Positions 47,193-56,120 of a DNA stretch of 64,000 nucleotides are shown in pieces. Source of the DNA: Vicinamibacterales bacterium. Its GTDB lineage: Bacteria; Acidobacteriota; Vicinamibacteria; Vicinamibacterales; UBA2999. Position numbers and translations under genes: made by a program. The notes below the pieces were generated by a model that worked only from the letters and a program-made list of their open reading frames with translations, was not told the DNA's origin and made no database searches. The stretch is from assembly GCA_035711805.1 (NCBI GenBank), contig DASTBV010000113.1, forward strand, positions 348 through 64,347. The letters run 5' to 3'. Positions within the stretch are counted from its first letter, which is position 1. Every line of letters starts with the position of its first letter.

Positions 47193-47220
47193 GTGGCTTC
47201 CGCCGTACGGCGGAAGGCCA
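47193..47220. repeat. perfect 12-bp-stem hairpin in the divergent moxR / MFS spacer
   Basis: GTGGCTTCCGCC-gtac-GGCGGAAGCCAC. The word is related to 7103-7128. Confidence 0.85.
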
Positions 47221-47273
47221 CCAGCAGGCGGACGCGACGAGTCCGCGAGTGTGGTACCGTGCCGCCGCGCCCC

Positions 47274-48569
47274 ATGGTCTCGACGACGAGCCACCCGCAC
47301 GCAACGGGCTCCGTCCGTACGGTTGCCTTTGCCAGCCTGATTGGAACCACCATCGAGTGGTACGACTTCTTCCTTTACGGCACGGCGGCGGCGCTCGTCT
47401 TCAACCGCCTGTTTTTCCCCACCTCCGATCCGCTCACCGGCACGCTGTATTCCTTCGGCACCTACGCGGTCGGGTTCGTTGCGCGTCCGTTTGGCGGCAT
47501 CATCATCGGCCACTACGGCGACCGGATCGGCCGCAAGTCGATGCTCGTGCTCACGCTGGTCGTGATGGGCGTCGCGACCTTTCTCATCGGCCTGCTGCCG
47601 ACCTATGAGCAGATCGGTCCGTGGGCGGCGGTCGCCCTCGTCCTGCTGCGCGTGGCGCAGGGGTTCGGCGTCGGCGGCGAGTGGGGCGGCGCCGTGCTCA
47701 TGGCCGTCGAGCACGCGCCGCGCACCGCCCGCGGCTTCTACGGCAGCTGGCCGCAGGTCGGCGTCCCCGCGGGCCTCCTCTTGTCCACGGCCGTGTTCAC
47801 CGCGTTCTCCTGGCTGCCCGAGGATCAGTTCCTGGCGTGGGGATGGCGCGTGCCGTTCCTGCTCAGCATCGTCCTCGTCGGCATCGGCCTGGTCATCCGG
47901 CTGCGGATCCTCGAGACGCCCGCATTCCTGCGCATCAAGACGCAGGCGGGCGCCGCGCGGCAGCCGATCCTCGAAGTGCTCCTCCGCTACCCGAAGCAGG
48001 TGCTGCTCGCGATGGGCGCGCGATTCGCGGAAAACGGCGCGTTCTACATCTTCAGCGTCTTCGTGCTGACCTACGCGACGCAGCGCGCCAACGTCGATCG
48101 GCAGCTGGTCCTGAACGGGATCCTCCTCGGATCGGCGGTTGAGCTCGCCGCGATTCCGTTTTTCGGCGCGCTGTCGGATCGCATCGGACGACGGCCCGTC
48201 TACCTGTTCGGGGCGGTGATGACCGCGGTCATCGCGTATCCGCTGTTCCTTGCGCTCGATCGGGGAGCGGCCACGCCCATTGCGCTGGCCTTGATTGCCG
48301 CATTCACGCTCTCGCATGGCGCCATGTACGCGCCGCAGGCGGCGTTCATGTCCGAGCTGTTCGACGCGCGGGTGCGTTACAGCGGCGCGTCGCTGGGCGC
48401 ACAGCTGGCCTCGGTATTCGCCGGCGGGCTGGCGCCCTTCGTCGGCACCAGCCTGCTTCAAGCCGGCTACGGCCGCGGCGCCGTGACGCTCTACGTCGTC
48501 GGCCTGGCCCTGGTGACGATCGTCGCGGTACTTGCCGCCAGCGAGACCCACCGGTCGGAGGTGGACTAG
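47274..48569 (+). CDS. MFS transporter, metabolite:H+ symporter (MHS) family
   Basis: Trimmed to ATG 47274. ..GTTIEWYDFFLYGTAAALVF.. and GHYGDRIGRK are MHS signatures. 12 TMs. Confidence 0.85.
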   Translation: MVSTTSHPHATGSVRTVAFASLIGTTIEWYDFFLYGTAAALVFNRLFFPTSDPLTGTLYSFGTYAVGFVARPFGGIIIGHYGDRIGRKSMLVLTLVVMGVATFLIGLLPTYEQIGPWAAVALVLLRVAQGFGVGGEWGGAVLMAVEHAPRTARGFYGSWPQVGVPAGLLLSTAVFTAFSWLPEDQFLAWGWRVPFLLSIVLVGIGLVIRLRILETPAFLRIKTQAGAARQPILEVLLRYPKQVLLAMGARFAENGAFYIFSVFVLTYATQRANVDRQLVLNGILLGSAVELAAIPFFGALSDRIGRRPVYLFGAVMTAVIAYPLFLALDRGAATPIALALIAAFTLSHGAMYAPQAAFMSELFDARVRYSGASLGAQLASVFAGGLAPFVGTSLLQAGYGRGAVTLYVVGLALVTIVAVLAASETHRSEVD

Positions 48570-48654
48570 AACTCGGAACAGAACCTGTGAACACGAACCC
48601 GGAAGCGAGAACCTGGAAATGTGAACCGCCGCGCGGATCAATAATCGTCATCGC

Positions 48655-49761
48655 ATGGATCTGATGCGCGCGGCCGTCCTCGAGAGCGCCCCGGGCGGGT
48701 TGCACATCGAGGAGATTCCAATTCCCGAACCCGGCCGGGGAGAGATTCTCGTCCGCGTCGCCGCGTGCGGCGTCTGTCACACGGACCTGCACGTGATGAA
48801 GGCGGAAGTGGCGTTTCCGACGCCGGCGGTGATGGGCCACGAAATCACCGGCACGGTGGCGGCACTTGGTCCGGGCGTCACGGGCCCGGCGGTCGGAACC
48901 GATGTCGCCTGCGCGTTCATCATGCCGTGCGGCTTCTGCGCGGCGTGCGGCGCCGGACGCGACGACCTCTGCGACAACTTCTTCGCGATGAACCGGCTGA
49001 AGGGAACGTTGTACGACGGGACCTCCCGTCTCCGGCGCAGGAACGGCTCCCCCCTGGCGATGTATTCGATGGCCGGCCTCGCAGAGTATTCCGTGGTCCC
49101 GGCAACCGACGTCTTCCCCCTTGCTCCGGGACTGCCGCTGGCCGAATCGTCCGTGCTCGGCTGCGCGATCTTCACGGCCTACGGTGCGGTGAGGCACGCC
49201 GCGGAACTGCGCGGCGGCGAACGCATCGCCGTGGTCGCGTCCGGAGGGGTCGGGATCAACATCGTCCAGATCGCACGCGCGTTTGGCGCCTCGCAGATCA
49301 TCGCCGTCGATGTGCGCGCCGACAAACTGGATGCGGCGAAACGCCTCGGCGCCACCGACGTCGTCAACGCGCGCGAGGTCGATGCGGTGTCACGGGTCCG
49401 CGAGCTGACCGGCGGACGCGGTGTCGACGCGGCGTTCGAGGTCCTGGGCCTTCCGCAGACGTTTACTCAGGCGTTCGAAATGATCCGCGACGGCGGCCGC
49501 ATGATCGGCGTCGGCATCGCGCCGGTGAAGGCGACGGCAGCCATCGAGATCACGCGGCTGGTGCGGCGGGAACTGCGCATCATCGGTTCCTACGGCGCGC
49601 GCACGCGCACGGATATGCCGGAGATCATCCGTCTCGCCGCGCAGGGAATCTTCCGGCCCGAGACAATCGTGACCGAGCGGTTCCCGCTCGCCGAGGCGGA
49701 TACGGCGTATCAGGCCCTGGCGCGGGGTGAAATCGTGGGACGCGCCATCGTCGTTCCCTGA
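48655..49761 (+). CDS. zinc-dependent alcohol dehydrogenase family oxidoreductase
   Basis: GEILVRVAACGVCHTDLH.., GHEITG.., Rossmann VVASGGVGIN. Confidence 0.85.
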   Translation: MDLMRAAVLESAPGGLHIEEIPIPEPGRGEILVRVAACGVCHTDLHVMKAEVAFPTPAVMGHEITGTVAALGPGVTGPAVGTDVACAFIMPCGFCAACGAGRDDLCDNFFAMNRLKGTLYDGTSRLRRRNGSPLAMYSMAGLAEYSVVPATDVFPLAPGLPLAESSVLGCAIFTAYGAVRHAAELRGGERIAVVASGGVGINIVQIARAFGASQIIAVDVRADKLDAAKRLGATDVVNAREVDAVSRVRELTGGRGVDAAFEVLGLPQTFTQAFEMIRDGGRMIGVGIAPVKATAAIEITRLVRRELRIIGSYGARTRTDMPEIIRLAAQGIFRPETIVTERFPLAEADTAYQALARGEIVGRAIVVP

Positions 49762-49780
49762 AACGCAAACAGGAGAGGTT

Positions 49781-49846
49781 GCCACGGAGGCACGGAGACA
49801 CGGATCATTTGAAATCGCTTTCTCCGCGGTTCCGTGTCTCCGTGGC
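49781..49846. repeat. CACGGAG/CTCCGTG micro-repeat palindrome, copy 2
   Basis: GCCACGGAGGCACGGAGACACGGA-tcatttgaaatcgctt-TCTCCGCGGTTCCGTGTCTCCGTGGC. Lies in the adh|mmsA spacer. Confidence 0.9.
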
Positions 49847-49861
49847 GTTTAAGGATCGTCC

Positions 49862-51340
49862 ATGCTCGTAGAAACAATGCTTCACAACTACATCGGCGGA
49901 ACGTGGGAAGCCGCGCGCGCGACCGAGTCGATTGCGGTCACCAACCCGGCGACGGGAGAGGTGATCGCTCAGGTGCCCTTGTCGTCGCGTGACGACGTCG
50001 CGAATGCGGTGAAAGCGGCGGCCGGCGCGCTGCCGGCGTGGCGCCGCACGCCGGCGGGCGATCGCATCCAGCCGCTGTTCAAGCTCAAGGCCCTGCTCGA
50101 CGAGAGCTTCTCGGACATCGCGCGGCTGATCACGCAGGAATGCGGCAAGACCCTCGCCGAGGCCGAAGGCGAGCTGAGACGCGGGATCGAAAACGTCGAG
50201 GTGGCGAGCGGAATTCCGTCGCTGATGATGGGTTCCAACCTCGAAGACATCGCCTCCGGGATCGACGAGCTGATGATCCGTCAGCCGGTCGGCGTCGTCG
50301 CCGTCATCACGCCGTTCAATTTCCCCGGAATGATTCCGCTCTGGTTTCTGCCGTATGCGATTGCGTGCGGCAACACGCTCGTGTTGAAGCCGTCCGAAAA
50401 GACACCGCTGACGATGGCGCGTGTCATGCAGCTGGTCGAGAAGGCCGGAGTGCCACAGGGAGTCGTCAATCTGGTTCACGGCGGCAAGGACGCGGTCGAC
50501 GCACTGCTCGATCATCCGGAGGTCCGTGCGATTTCGTTCGTCGGCTCGACGCCCGTCGCGCGCTACATCTACAGCCGCGCGGCCGCCAACGGAAAGCGCG
50601 TGCAGTGCCAGGGCGGAGCCAAGAACCCGATCGTCGTCCTGCCGGATGCCGACCTCGACATGACCACGAAGATCGTCGCGGACTCGGCGTTCGGATGTGC
50701 CGGACAGCGCTGCCTGGCTTCGTCGGTCGTCATCACCGTGGCGGATGCGGCAAAGCCGTTTACCGAGCGCATCAGCGAAGCGGCCACCTCCCGGAAAGTC
50801 GGCTACGGCCTCGAGCCGGGCACCGAGATGGGCCCTGTCATTTCCGGCGACAGCCGGACCAGGATCGAGGCGCTGATCGCCCAGGGCATCACCGGCGGCG
50901 CGAAGCCGGTCGTGGATGGCCGTAATGCCCGAGTCAGCGGATACGAGAAAGGCCACTTCATCCGCCCGACCGTCCTGGACGACGTCGATCCCGCCGGGGA
51001 GCTGGCACGTACGGAAGTCTTCGGCCCCGTGCTCAGCATGATGCGCGTGGATTCGATCGAGGATGCGATCGACCTGGTCAACCGATCTGCCTACGGGAAT
51101 ATGGCGTGCCTGTTCACGAGCAGCGGTGCCGCCGCGCGGCAGTTCCGCTACGAGGCGCGCGTGGGCAACGTCGGCATCAATGTCGGCGTGGCCGCGCCGA
51201 TGGCCTACTTCCCCTTCTCCGGCTGGAAGGAAAGCTTCTTCGGCGACCTCCACGCCCAGGGTCGCGACGCGATCGACTTCTACACGGAAAAGAAGATCGT
51301 CGTCGAACGATGGCCGGCGAACTGGAGCCGTAAGTTCTGA
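49862..51340 (+). CDS. mmsA: CoA-acylating methylmalonate-semialdehyde dehydrogenase
   Basis: Aldehyde dehydrogenase fold with ..[10 protein letters not shown].. (catalytic Cys) and the MmsA-type C-terminus ..[13 protein letters not shown]... Confidence 0.85.
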   Translation: MLVETMLHNYIGGTWEAARATESIAVTNPATGEVIAQVPLSSRDDVANAVKAAAGALPAWRRTPAGDRIQPLFKLKALLDESFSDIARLITQECGKTLAEAEGELRRGIENVEVASGIPSLMMGSNLEDIASGIDELMIRQPVGVVAVITPFNFPGMIPLWFLPYAIACGNTLVLKPSEKTPLTMARVMQLVEKAGVPQGVVNLVHGGKDAVDALLDHPEVRAISFVGSTPVARYIYSRAAANGKRVQCQGGAKNPIVVLPDADLDMTTKIVADSAFGCAGQRCLASSVVITVADAAKPFTERISEAATSRKVGYGLEPGTEMGPVISGDSRTRIEALIAQGITGGAKPVVDGRNARVSGYEKGHFIRPTVLDDVDPAGELARTEVFGPVLSMMRVDSIEDAIDLVNRSAYGNMACLFTSSGAAARQFRYEARVGNVGINVGVAAPMAYFPFSGWKESFFGDLHAQGRDAIDFYTEKKIVVERWPANWSRKF

Positions 51341-53109
51341 TGTGGCAACGCGCCGCAATCGCGGCGGTTGCCGTGGCTGCGGCTGTCGCGTTGTCGATTC
51401 CGGCGATCCGTTACTTCAGTAAGGAACCTCCGCCGCTACCGTCGGCCGTTCGCCTGTCGCTTGCACCCCCGGATGGCACGGAGCTCGGCGCCGGAGACGA
51501 CGTGCTCGATGCGGCCCTCTCTCCCGATCAGCAGGAGTTGGTGTTCGTCGCCAGGCTGGTTCGTCGCAACGACGCCGGCGCCCCCCCAGGTTCAACTCAG
51601 CTGTGGCGCCGGCGGTTCGACGCACAGACCGCGGTAGCGCTGGCCGGAACCGATGGCGCCCGCCTTCCGGCGTGGAAGCAGACGGGCAACGTGGTGTCGT
51701 TCTTCAGCGAAAACCGGCTGAAGCTTCTGAATTTGGAGACGGGCATTGTCGCAGATGCGGGCGCGGCTCCCTCACCCGCGGGCGCCACGTGGCTGCGCGA
51801 CGGTTCGCTGCTGTTCGTCCCCGGACCTGGACCCGTCCGGCGCTTGCTCGACGGCCGGATCAGCGATGCCACGCGCCTCCCCCCGGGCGATGTCGCGCAC
51901 GCGTTTCCGGTCGCGGCGCCAGGCGGTCAGGAGTTCACCTACGTGGCGGTTCGCGGCGATGGACGACGAGTGGTGCGACTACGTGCAGGCGAAACCGAAA
52001 CGGATCTCGGCATGACGGGCACACACGCCGAACTGCTCGATCGGTGGCTGCTGTTCGTCAGGGATACCACGTTGCTCGTGGACTACCGCGGCGATGATGG
52101 CCGGATGGGCGGGCACGATTTCCCGCTCGCGCTCGACGTCGGAGCGACTGAACGCGCTCGCGGCATGTTCGCTGCGTCCGCGGACATGCTCCTTCACGCA
52201 CCGGCCGGTGAACACCGGCGCCAGATCACCTGGCTCGATTTGGCAACTGGACGAACCGGGACAGTGGGGGACGCCGGCGACTTCTGGCAAATCCGCGTGT
52301 CGCCTGATGACCGCAGCCTCGCCGTCACGGCGCGGGATCCGCTGCTCGGTTCACTCGACGTCCTGAACATCCCGGTCGACGATCAGGCCGCGGCGCTGCG
52401 GTTGACGACGTCGATCGCCGCCGACAGCGACCCGGTGTGGTCGCCGGATGGCCGGCGGATCGCCGTCCGTTCCATGCAGCGCGGGCGGCCTGAAGTGCTG
52501 GTCATGCCGGCGGCGCTTCAAGCCGCGGCGGACAGGCCCGACAGCGCGTCGGCGGCCGCCATGACGGGGGATTTGCCCACGGACTGGCGCGCCGGTGAAA
52601 TGCTGGTGCAACGACGCGCGGCCGGCGGCTGGGATCTCGTGCGCGTGCAGGCGACCGGCCCGTCCCGGGTTGTTGCCGACTCTCCGTTCAATGAAACGGA
52701 TGGCCGCTGGTCACCCGATGGCCGTTGGACGGCTTACGTGTCCGACGAGCCAGGCCAGCCGGAAATCTACGTCCACAACGAACATGGCGATCGTCAACGC
52801 ATTTCTCAGGGCGGCGGGACCCACCCCCGGTGGACGCGAGATTCGCGAGCACTGTTGTTCCTCCGCGAATCGATGCTCATGCGCGCCGAGCTGGGGTCGG
52901 GAGGCTCGCGGTTCGGCACGCCTCGCCGACTTGTCAATTTCGCTGGCATTCGCGATTTCGATCTCGCCCGCACGCAGACCGACCGCATCTTCACCCTGAT
53001 GCCCGTCCAACCGAATCGACGCGAAACCGTGTCTGTAATTCTGAACTGGCGATCGCTCGCGGAAGCGCAGCGGCGCCGGTTGGCGAGCAAGACGCCGCCG
53101 AAGTTCTAG
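51340..53109 (+). CDS. TolB-like PD40 beta-propeller protein, N-terminally membrane anchored
   Basis: ATG overlaps the mmsA stop (TGATG). Repeated ..SPDGR.. blades (DSDPVWSPDGRRIAV, GRWSPDGRWTAYVSD..PEIYV). Confidence 0.65.
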   Translation: MWQRAAIAAVAVAAAVALSIPAIRYFSKEPPPLPSAVRLSLAPPDGTELGAGDDVLDAALSPDQQELVFVARLVRRNDAGAPPGSTQLWRRRFDAQTAVALAGTDGARLPAWKQTGNVVSFFSENRLKLLNLETGIVADAGAAPSPAGATWLRDGSLLFVPGPGPVRRLLDGRISDATRLPPGDVAHAFPVAAPGGQEFTYVAVRGDGRRVVRLRAGETETDLGMTGTHAELLDRWLLFVRDTTLLVDYRGDDGRMGGHDFPLALDVGATERARGMFAASADMLLHAPAGEHRRQITWLDLATGRTGTVGDAGDFWQIRVSPDDRSLAVTARDPLLGSLDVLNIPVDDQAAALRLTTSIAADSDPVWSPDGRRIAVRSMQRGRPEVLVMPAALQAAADRPDSASAAAMTGDLPTDWRAGEMLVQRRAAGGWDLVRVQATGPSRVVADSPFNETDGRWSPDGRWTAYVSDEPGQPEIYVHNEHGDRQRISQGGGTHPRWTRDSRALLFLRESMLMRAELGSGGSRFGTPRRLVNFAGIRDFDLARTQTDRIFTLMPVQPNRRETVSVILNWRSLAEAQRRRLASKTPPKF

Positions 53110-53663
53110 GCGTCGTAGTACCAGTCGACGATCGTGTCGCGCGTGCCATTACGAACCTCGGTCACTTCGTGAAGGGCGTCTGCGGGAAACGCGATCAGGA
53201 GGCCTGGCTCGGGAACGACGTCGATGATTCCGTCCGGCAGATGCAGCCGCAGGATTCCCCCGTCGAAGTCGCCCCCGGCTCCCGATGCGCGTGAGGCGTT
53301 GAGGAAAAGCACAAGGGCGGCAGCCCTCCGCGCGGCCGGCTGCCACTGCGGGTCGTGCCCGCGATCGCGATGCCGTCGGTAGAAGCCTCCCGCCGGATAC
53401 CGGATAAACCCTGCGCCTTCGCGCTCACCGAGCGAGAGGCCAAGCGCCTCCGCTACACGATCCCGGCATCCCTCGAGCCTGGCCTCGACGTCGCGCGCGA
53501 GGTTCCCCGCTGGCTCGACGAGGCTGGCAACCCTGACCTGCGTGTCGCGCTGGATGCCGCCGGCAAGGACCTCGGCCGGTTCGACCTCGCCGGCGTCCAT
53601 TCCGCGGCGAATCTCAACGCATTGGGCCGGTGTCAGCAACCCCGGCAACCTGAATACCTGCAT
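53106..53663 (-). CDS. 2OG-Fe(II) oxygenase (prolyl-4-hydroxylase-like)
   Basis: Trimmed to ATG 53663 (MQVFRLPGLL..). HxD in ..FYRRHRD.. and distal His in ..ADALHEVTEV... Confidence 0.7.
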   Translation of the reverse strand: MQVFRLPGLLTPAQCVEIRRGMDAGEVEPAEVLAGGIQRDTQVRVASLVEPAGNLARDVEARLEGCRDRVAEALGLSLGEREGAGFIRYPAGGFYRRHRDRGHDPQWQPAARRAAALVLFLNASRASGAGGDFDGGILRLHLPDGIIDVVPEPGLLIAFPADALHEVTEVRNGTRDTIVDWYYDA

Positions 53664-53720
53664 AAAGCCCCGGCAATCCCCTGTAATGAAACACCGTCCT
53701 CGCCTCAGCCGTATATGATG

Positions 53721-53740
53721 TCGAAGTGATATCACTTCGA
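53721..53740. promoter_or_regulatory. perfect 20-bp palindrome just upstream of the SPFH RBS; candidate operator
   Basis: TCGAAGTGAT|ATCACTTCGA, followed by GGAGGA (53745-53750) and ATG 53755. Confidence 0.5.
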
Positions 53741-53754
53741 TATTGGAGGACACG

Positions 53755-54630
53755 ATGACTCGTGAACGGTTGCGCCATGGGTTGCCTGGGATCCCCTTCC
53801 TGCTCGTCGCGTTTCTCGTGCTGGCGGGCATTGTCTGGGTGTTTCTGTCGGCCGTCGCCACGGAGGACCCCTCTGCGCCCCGTGTGCTGACCGCGGTGGG
53901 GCTGTTCATCGCCTGGGTATTCCTGATGACCGGATTCTTCATGGTCGCGCCGAACGAAGCCCAGGTGCTCCAGTTGTTCGGGGACTACGTTGGAACGGCG
54001 AAGACCACCGGCCTCCGCTATGCGAACCCGTTCTACAAGAAGCGGAAGCTGTCGCTGCGTGTGCGGAACTTCGAAAGCGGGCAGCTCAAGGTGAACGACA
54101 GCGAGGGCAACCCGATCGACATCGCCGCGGTCGTCGTATGGCGCGTGGTCGAGACCGCCGAGGCGACGTTCGAGGTGGACGACTACGAGCACTACGTGCA
54201 TGTGCAGAGCGAAGCGGCGCTCCGCAATGCCGCGACGAGCTATCCGTATGACTCGCACGAGGATCATGTCATGTCGCTGCGCGGTTCCACCGCGGCGGTT
54301 GCCGAGCACCTGAAGGCCGAAGTCCAGCAGCGGCTGGACAAAGCGGGCGTCGAGGTGCTCGAGGCGCGGATTAGCCATCTGGCCTACGCGCCCGAGATCG
54401 CGGCCGCGATGCTGCAGCGGCAGCAGGCCGGCGCGATCATCGCCGCGCGCCAGCGGATTGTCGAGGGTGCCGTCGGCATGGTGGAAATGGCGCTGCAGAT
54501 GCTGTCGCACAAGGGCATCGTCACGCTCGACGAGGAGCGCAAGGCGCAAATGGTCAGCAATCTCCTCGTCGTGCTGTGCGGCGAGAAGGCGGCGCAGCCG
54601 ATTGTGAACACCGGAACGATTCACCAGTAA
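53755..54630 (+). CDS. SPFH/band-7 domain membrane protein
   Basis: I prefer ATG 53755 with a GGAGGA Shine-Dalgarno over the track's TTG 53743. Two N-terminal TMs, then the SPFH core ..[14 protein letters not shown]....KVND..GNPI.....VVWRV... Confidence 0.8.
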   Translation: MTRERLRHGLPGIPFLLVAFLVLAGIVWVFLSAVATEDPSAPRVLTAVGLFIAWVFLMTGFFMVAPNEAQVLQLFGDYVGTAKTTGLRYANPFYKKRKLSLRVRNFESGQLKVNDSEGNPIDIAAVVVWRVVETAEATFEVDDYEHYVHVQSEAALRNAATSYPYDSHEDHVMSLRGSTAAVAEHLKAEVQQRLDKAGVEVLEARISHLAYAPEIAAAMLQRQQAGAIIAARQRIVEGAVGMVEMALQMLSHKGIVTLDEERKAQMVSNLLVVLCGEKAAQPIVNTGTIHQ

Positions 54631-54634
54631 CTCC

Positions 54635-54832
54635 GTGGCCGAACGGAAGCCCTTCCTTCTGCGGATCGACAGCGGAGTGCTGGACGCGGTGCAGCGCTGG
54701 GCGAACGACGATCTGCGCAGCCTGAACGCGCAGATCGAGTTCGTCCTGCGCGACGCGCTGCGCCGGGCCGGCCGGGCGCCCCGGTCCCGCCCCGACGAAA
54801 CCGCGCAGGAACCCGAAGACCGCGAAACATAA
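54635..54832 (+). CDS. ribbon-helix-helix (Arc/CopG-like) small DNA-binding protein
   Basis: GTG start 5 nt after the SPFH stop. KPFLLRIDSGVLDAVQRWANDDLRSLNAQIEFVLRDALRR has a beta-alpha-alpha pattern. Confidence 0.6.
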   Translation: MAERKPFLLRIDSGVLDAVQRWANDDLRSLNAQIEFVLRDALRRAGRAPRSRPDETAQEPEDRET

Positions 54833-54920
54833 CCCCTTCGCGCGCTTCGCGATCTTCGCGTTCTTCGCGGTAAAGGCCGGCGGGCCTACCGGTCGATCCA
54901 GATTTGCCGATAATTGCACC

Positions 54921-55904
54921 GTGCGCCCCCTTCTGAAGTGGGCCGGCGGCAAGCGACAGCTGCTCCCCGCGCTCGAGCAGTACTACCCTGCGACCTTTGG
55001 GCGTTATCTCGAGCCCTTCGTCGGCAGCGGCGCGGTGTTCTTTCATCTCGCGTCCACGGGCGTCCTCGACGGCCGCACGGTGATCCTTTCCGACGTCAAC
55101 ACCGATCTGATCGGGTGCTACAGCGTCGTGCGCGACAGGACCGAGGCGGTCATCACGGAGCTGCAGTCGCTCGAACAGGAACACCGTCGCCACGGCGACG
55201 AGTGTTACTACGACGTCCGCGATACCAGATTCAATCCGTGGCGGGCGAAGCTGATGGCCGACAGCGGCGGCGACGGAAAGCTGGCCGCGACGCGGTACTC
55301 CACGGAGCTGGCGGCGATGCTGATCTTCCTGAATCGGACGGGATTCAACGGCCTGTTCCGCCTCAACAGGCTCGGCGAGTTCAACGTCCCCGCCGGCCGC
55401 TACCGTGACCCGCGGATCTGTGATCCGGATCACATCCGGGCGGTTGCGGCGGTGCTGCGGCGTCCCGGCGTGGCGATCGAACACCGCGGGTTCGAAGCGG
55501 CGCTGCGCGACGCGGGCGCTGGCGATTTCGTCTACTGCGACCCGCCGTACGCCCCCGTGAGCCGTACGTCCAGCTTTGCGAACTACACCGCCGCCGGCTT
55601 CGCGTCGCCCGACCAGCAGCGGCTGATGGACGCCGTGATTCGCGCGTGCCGCCGCGGTGCCCGCGTCGTGGTGTCGAATTCCAGCGCGCCGGAGATCGAA
55701 ACCGCGTATCGGACGCGCGCCGCACGGCAGGCCAGGATCGCGGTTCACCGCGTCCCGGCGCGGCGGGCCATTAATTCGCGCGGCTCCAGGCGCGGCCCCG
55801 TGGACGAGTTAATCATTACGAATGTGCCATCTTCGCTGGCCGGGCTCCGGCCGAGGATGCTGAAGGCCCCAGGGCCAAGGCCCAAGGCCCAAGGGCTGGT
55901 CTAG
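54921..55904 (+). CDS. Dam-like N6-adenine DNA methyltransferase, no adjacent nuclease
   Basis: GTG start. (M)RPLLKWAGGKRQLL, EPFVGSGAVFF (SAM site), YCDPPY (motif IV). The C-terminal tail ..APGPRPKAQGLV is encoded by a GGCCCAA-type repeat. Confidence 0.85.
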   Translation: MRPLLKWAGGKRQLLPALEQYYPATFGRYLEPFVGSGAVFFHLASTGVLDGRTVILSDVNTDLIGCYSVVRDRTEAVITELQSLEQEHRRHGDECYYDVRDTRFNPWRAKLMADSGGDGKLAATRYSTELAAMLIFLNRTGFNGLFRLNRLGEFNVPAGRYRDPRICDPDHIRAVAAVLRRPGVAIEHRGFEAALRDAGAGDFVYCDPPYAPVSRTSSFANYTAAGFASPDQQRLMDAVIRACRRGARVVVSNSSAPEIETAYRTRAARQARIAVHRVPARRAINSRGSRRGPVDELIITNVPSSLAGLRPRMLKAPGPRPKAQGLV

Positions 55905-55939
55905 GAATCAGGCTGGTCCATCGGTTAGGCTGAAAGCAC

Positions 55940-56023
55940 GCGAAAGTGGCGGAACTGGCAGACGCGCCAGACTTAGGATCTGGTACCCGAAAGGGTATGG
56001 GGGTTCGAGTCCCTCCTTTCGCA
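55940..56023 (+). tRNA. tRNA-Leu (anticodon TAG), long variable arm, no encoded CCA
   Basis: Acceptor stem GCGAAAG/CTTTCGC plus discriminator A. Anticodon stem-loop CCAGA-CTTAGGA-TCTGG. Variable arm TACCCGAAAGGGTA. T arm GGGGGTTCGAGTCCCTC. Close to E. coli tRNA-Leu in overall pattern. Confidence 0.9.
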
Positions 56024-56040
56024 ATCAGTACCCGCCGACG

Positions 56041-56107
56041 GGCCACGGAGTCGCGGAGACACGGAGGTTCGTAAAGTTCTGGCTCCGTGGCTCCGTGTCT
56101 CCGTGGC
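56041..56107. repeat. CACGGAG/CTCCGTG micro-repeat palindrome, copy 3
   Basis: GGCCACGGAGTCGCGGAGACACGGAG-gttcgtaaagttctgg-CTCCGTGGCTCCGTGTCTCCGTGGC. Lies between tRNA-Leu and tig. Confidence 0.9.
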
Positions 56108-56120
56108 GCAGTGTCCTCCG

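Noticed and set aside
53106-56023. Integrated genomic island or prophage remnant at tRNA-Leu, or a restriction-modification system around the Dam-like gene.
   Set aside because: There is no integrase, no phage genes, no visible direct repeat of the tRNA 3' end, and no nuclease or specificity gene nearby. Only an orphan methylase can be supported.
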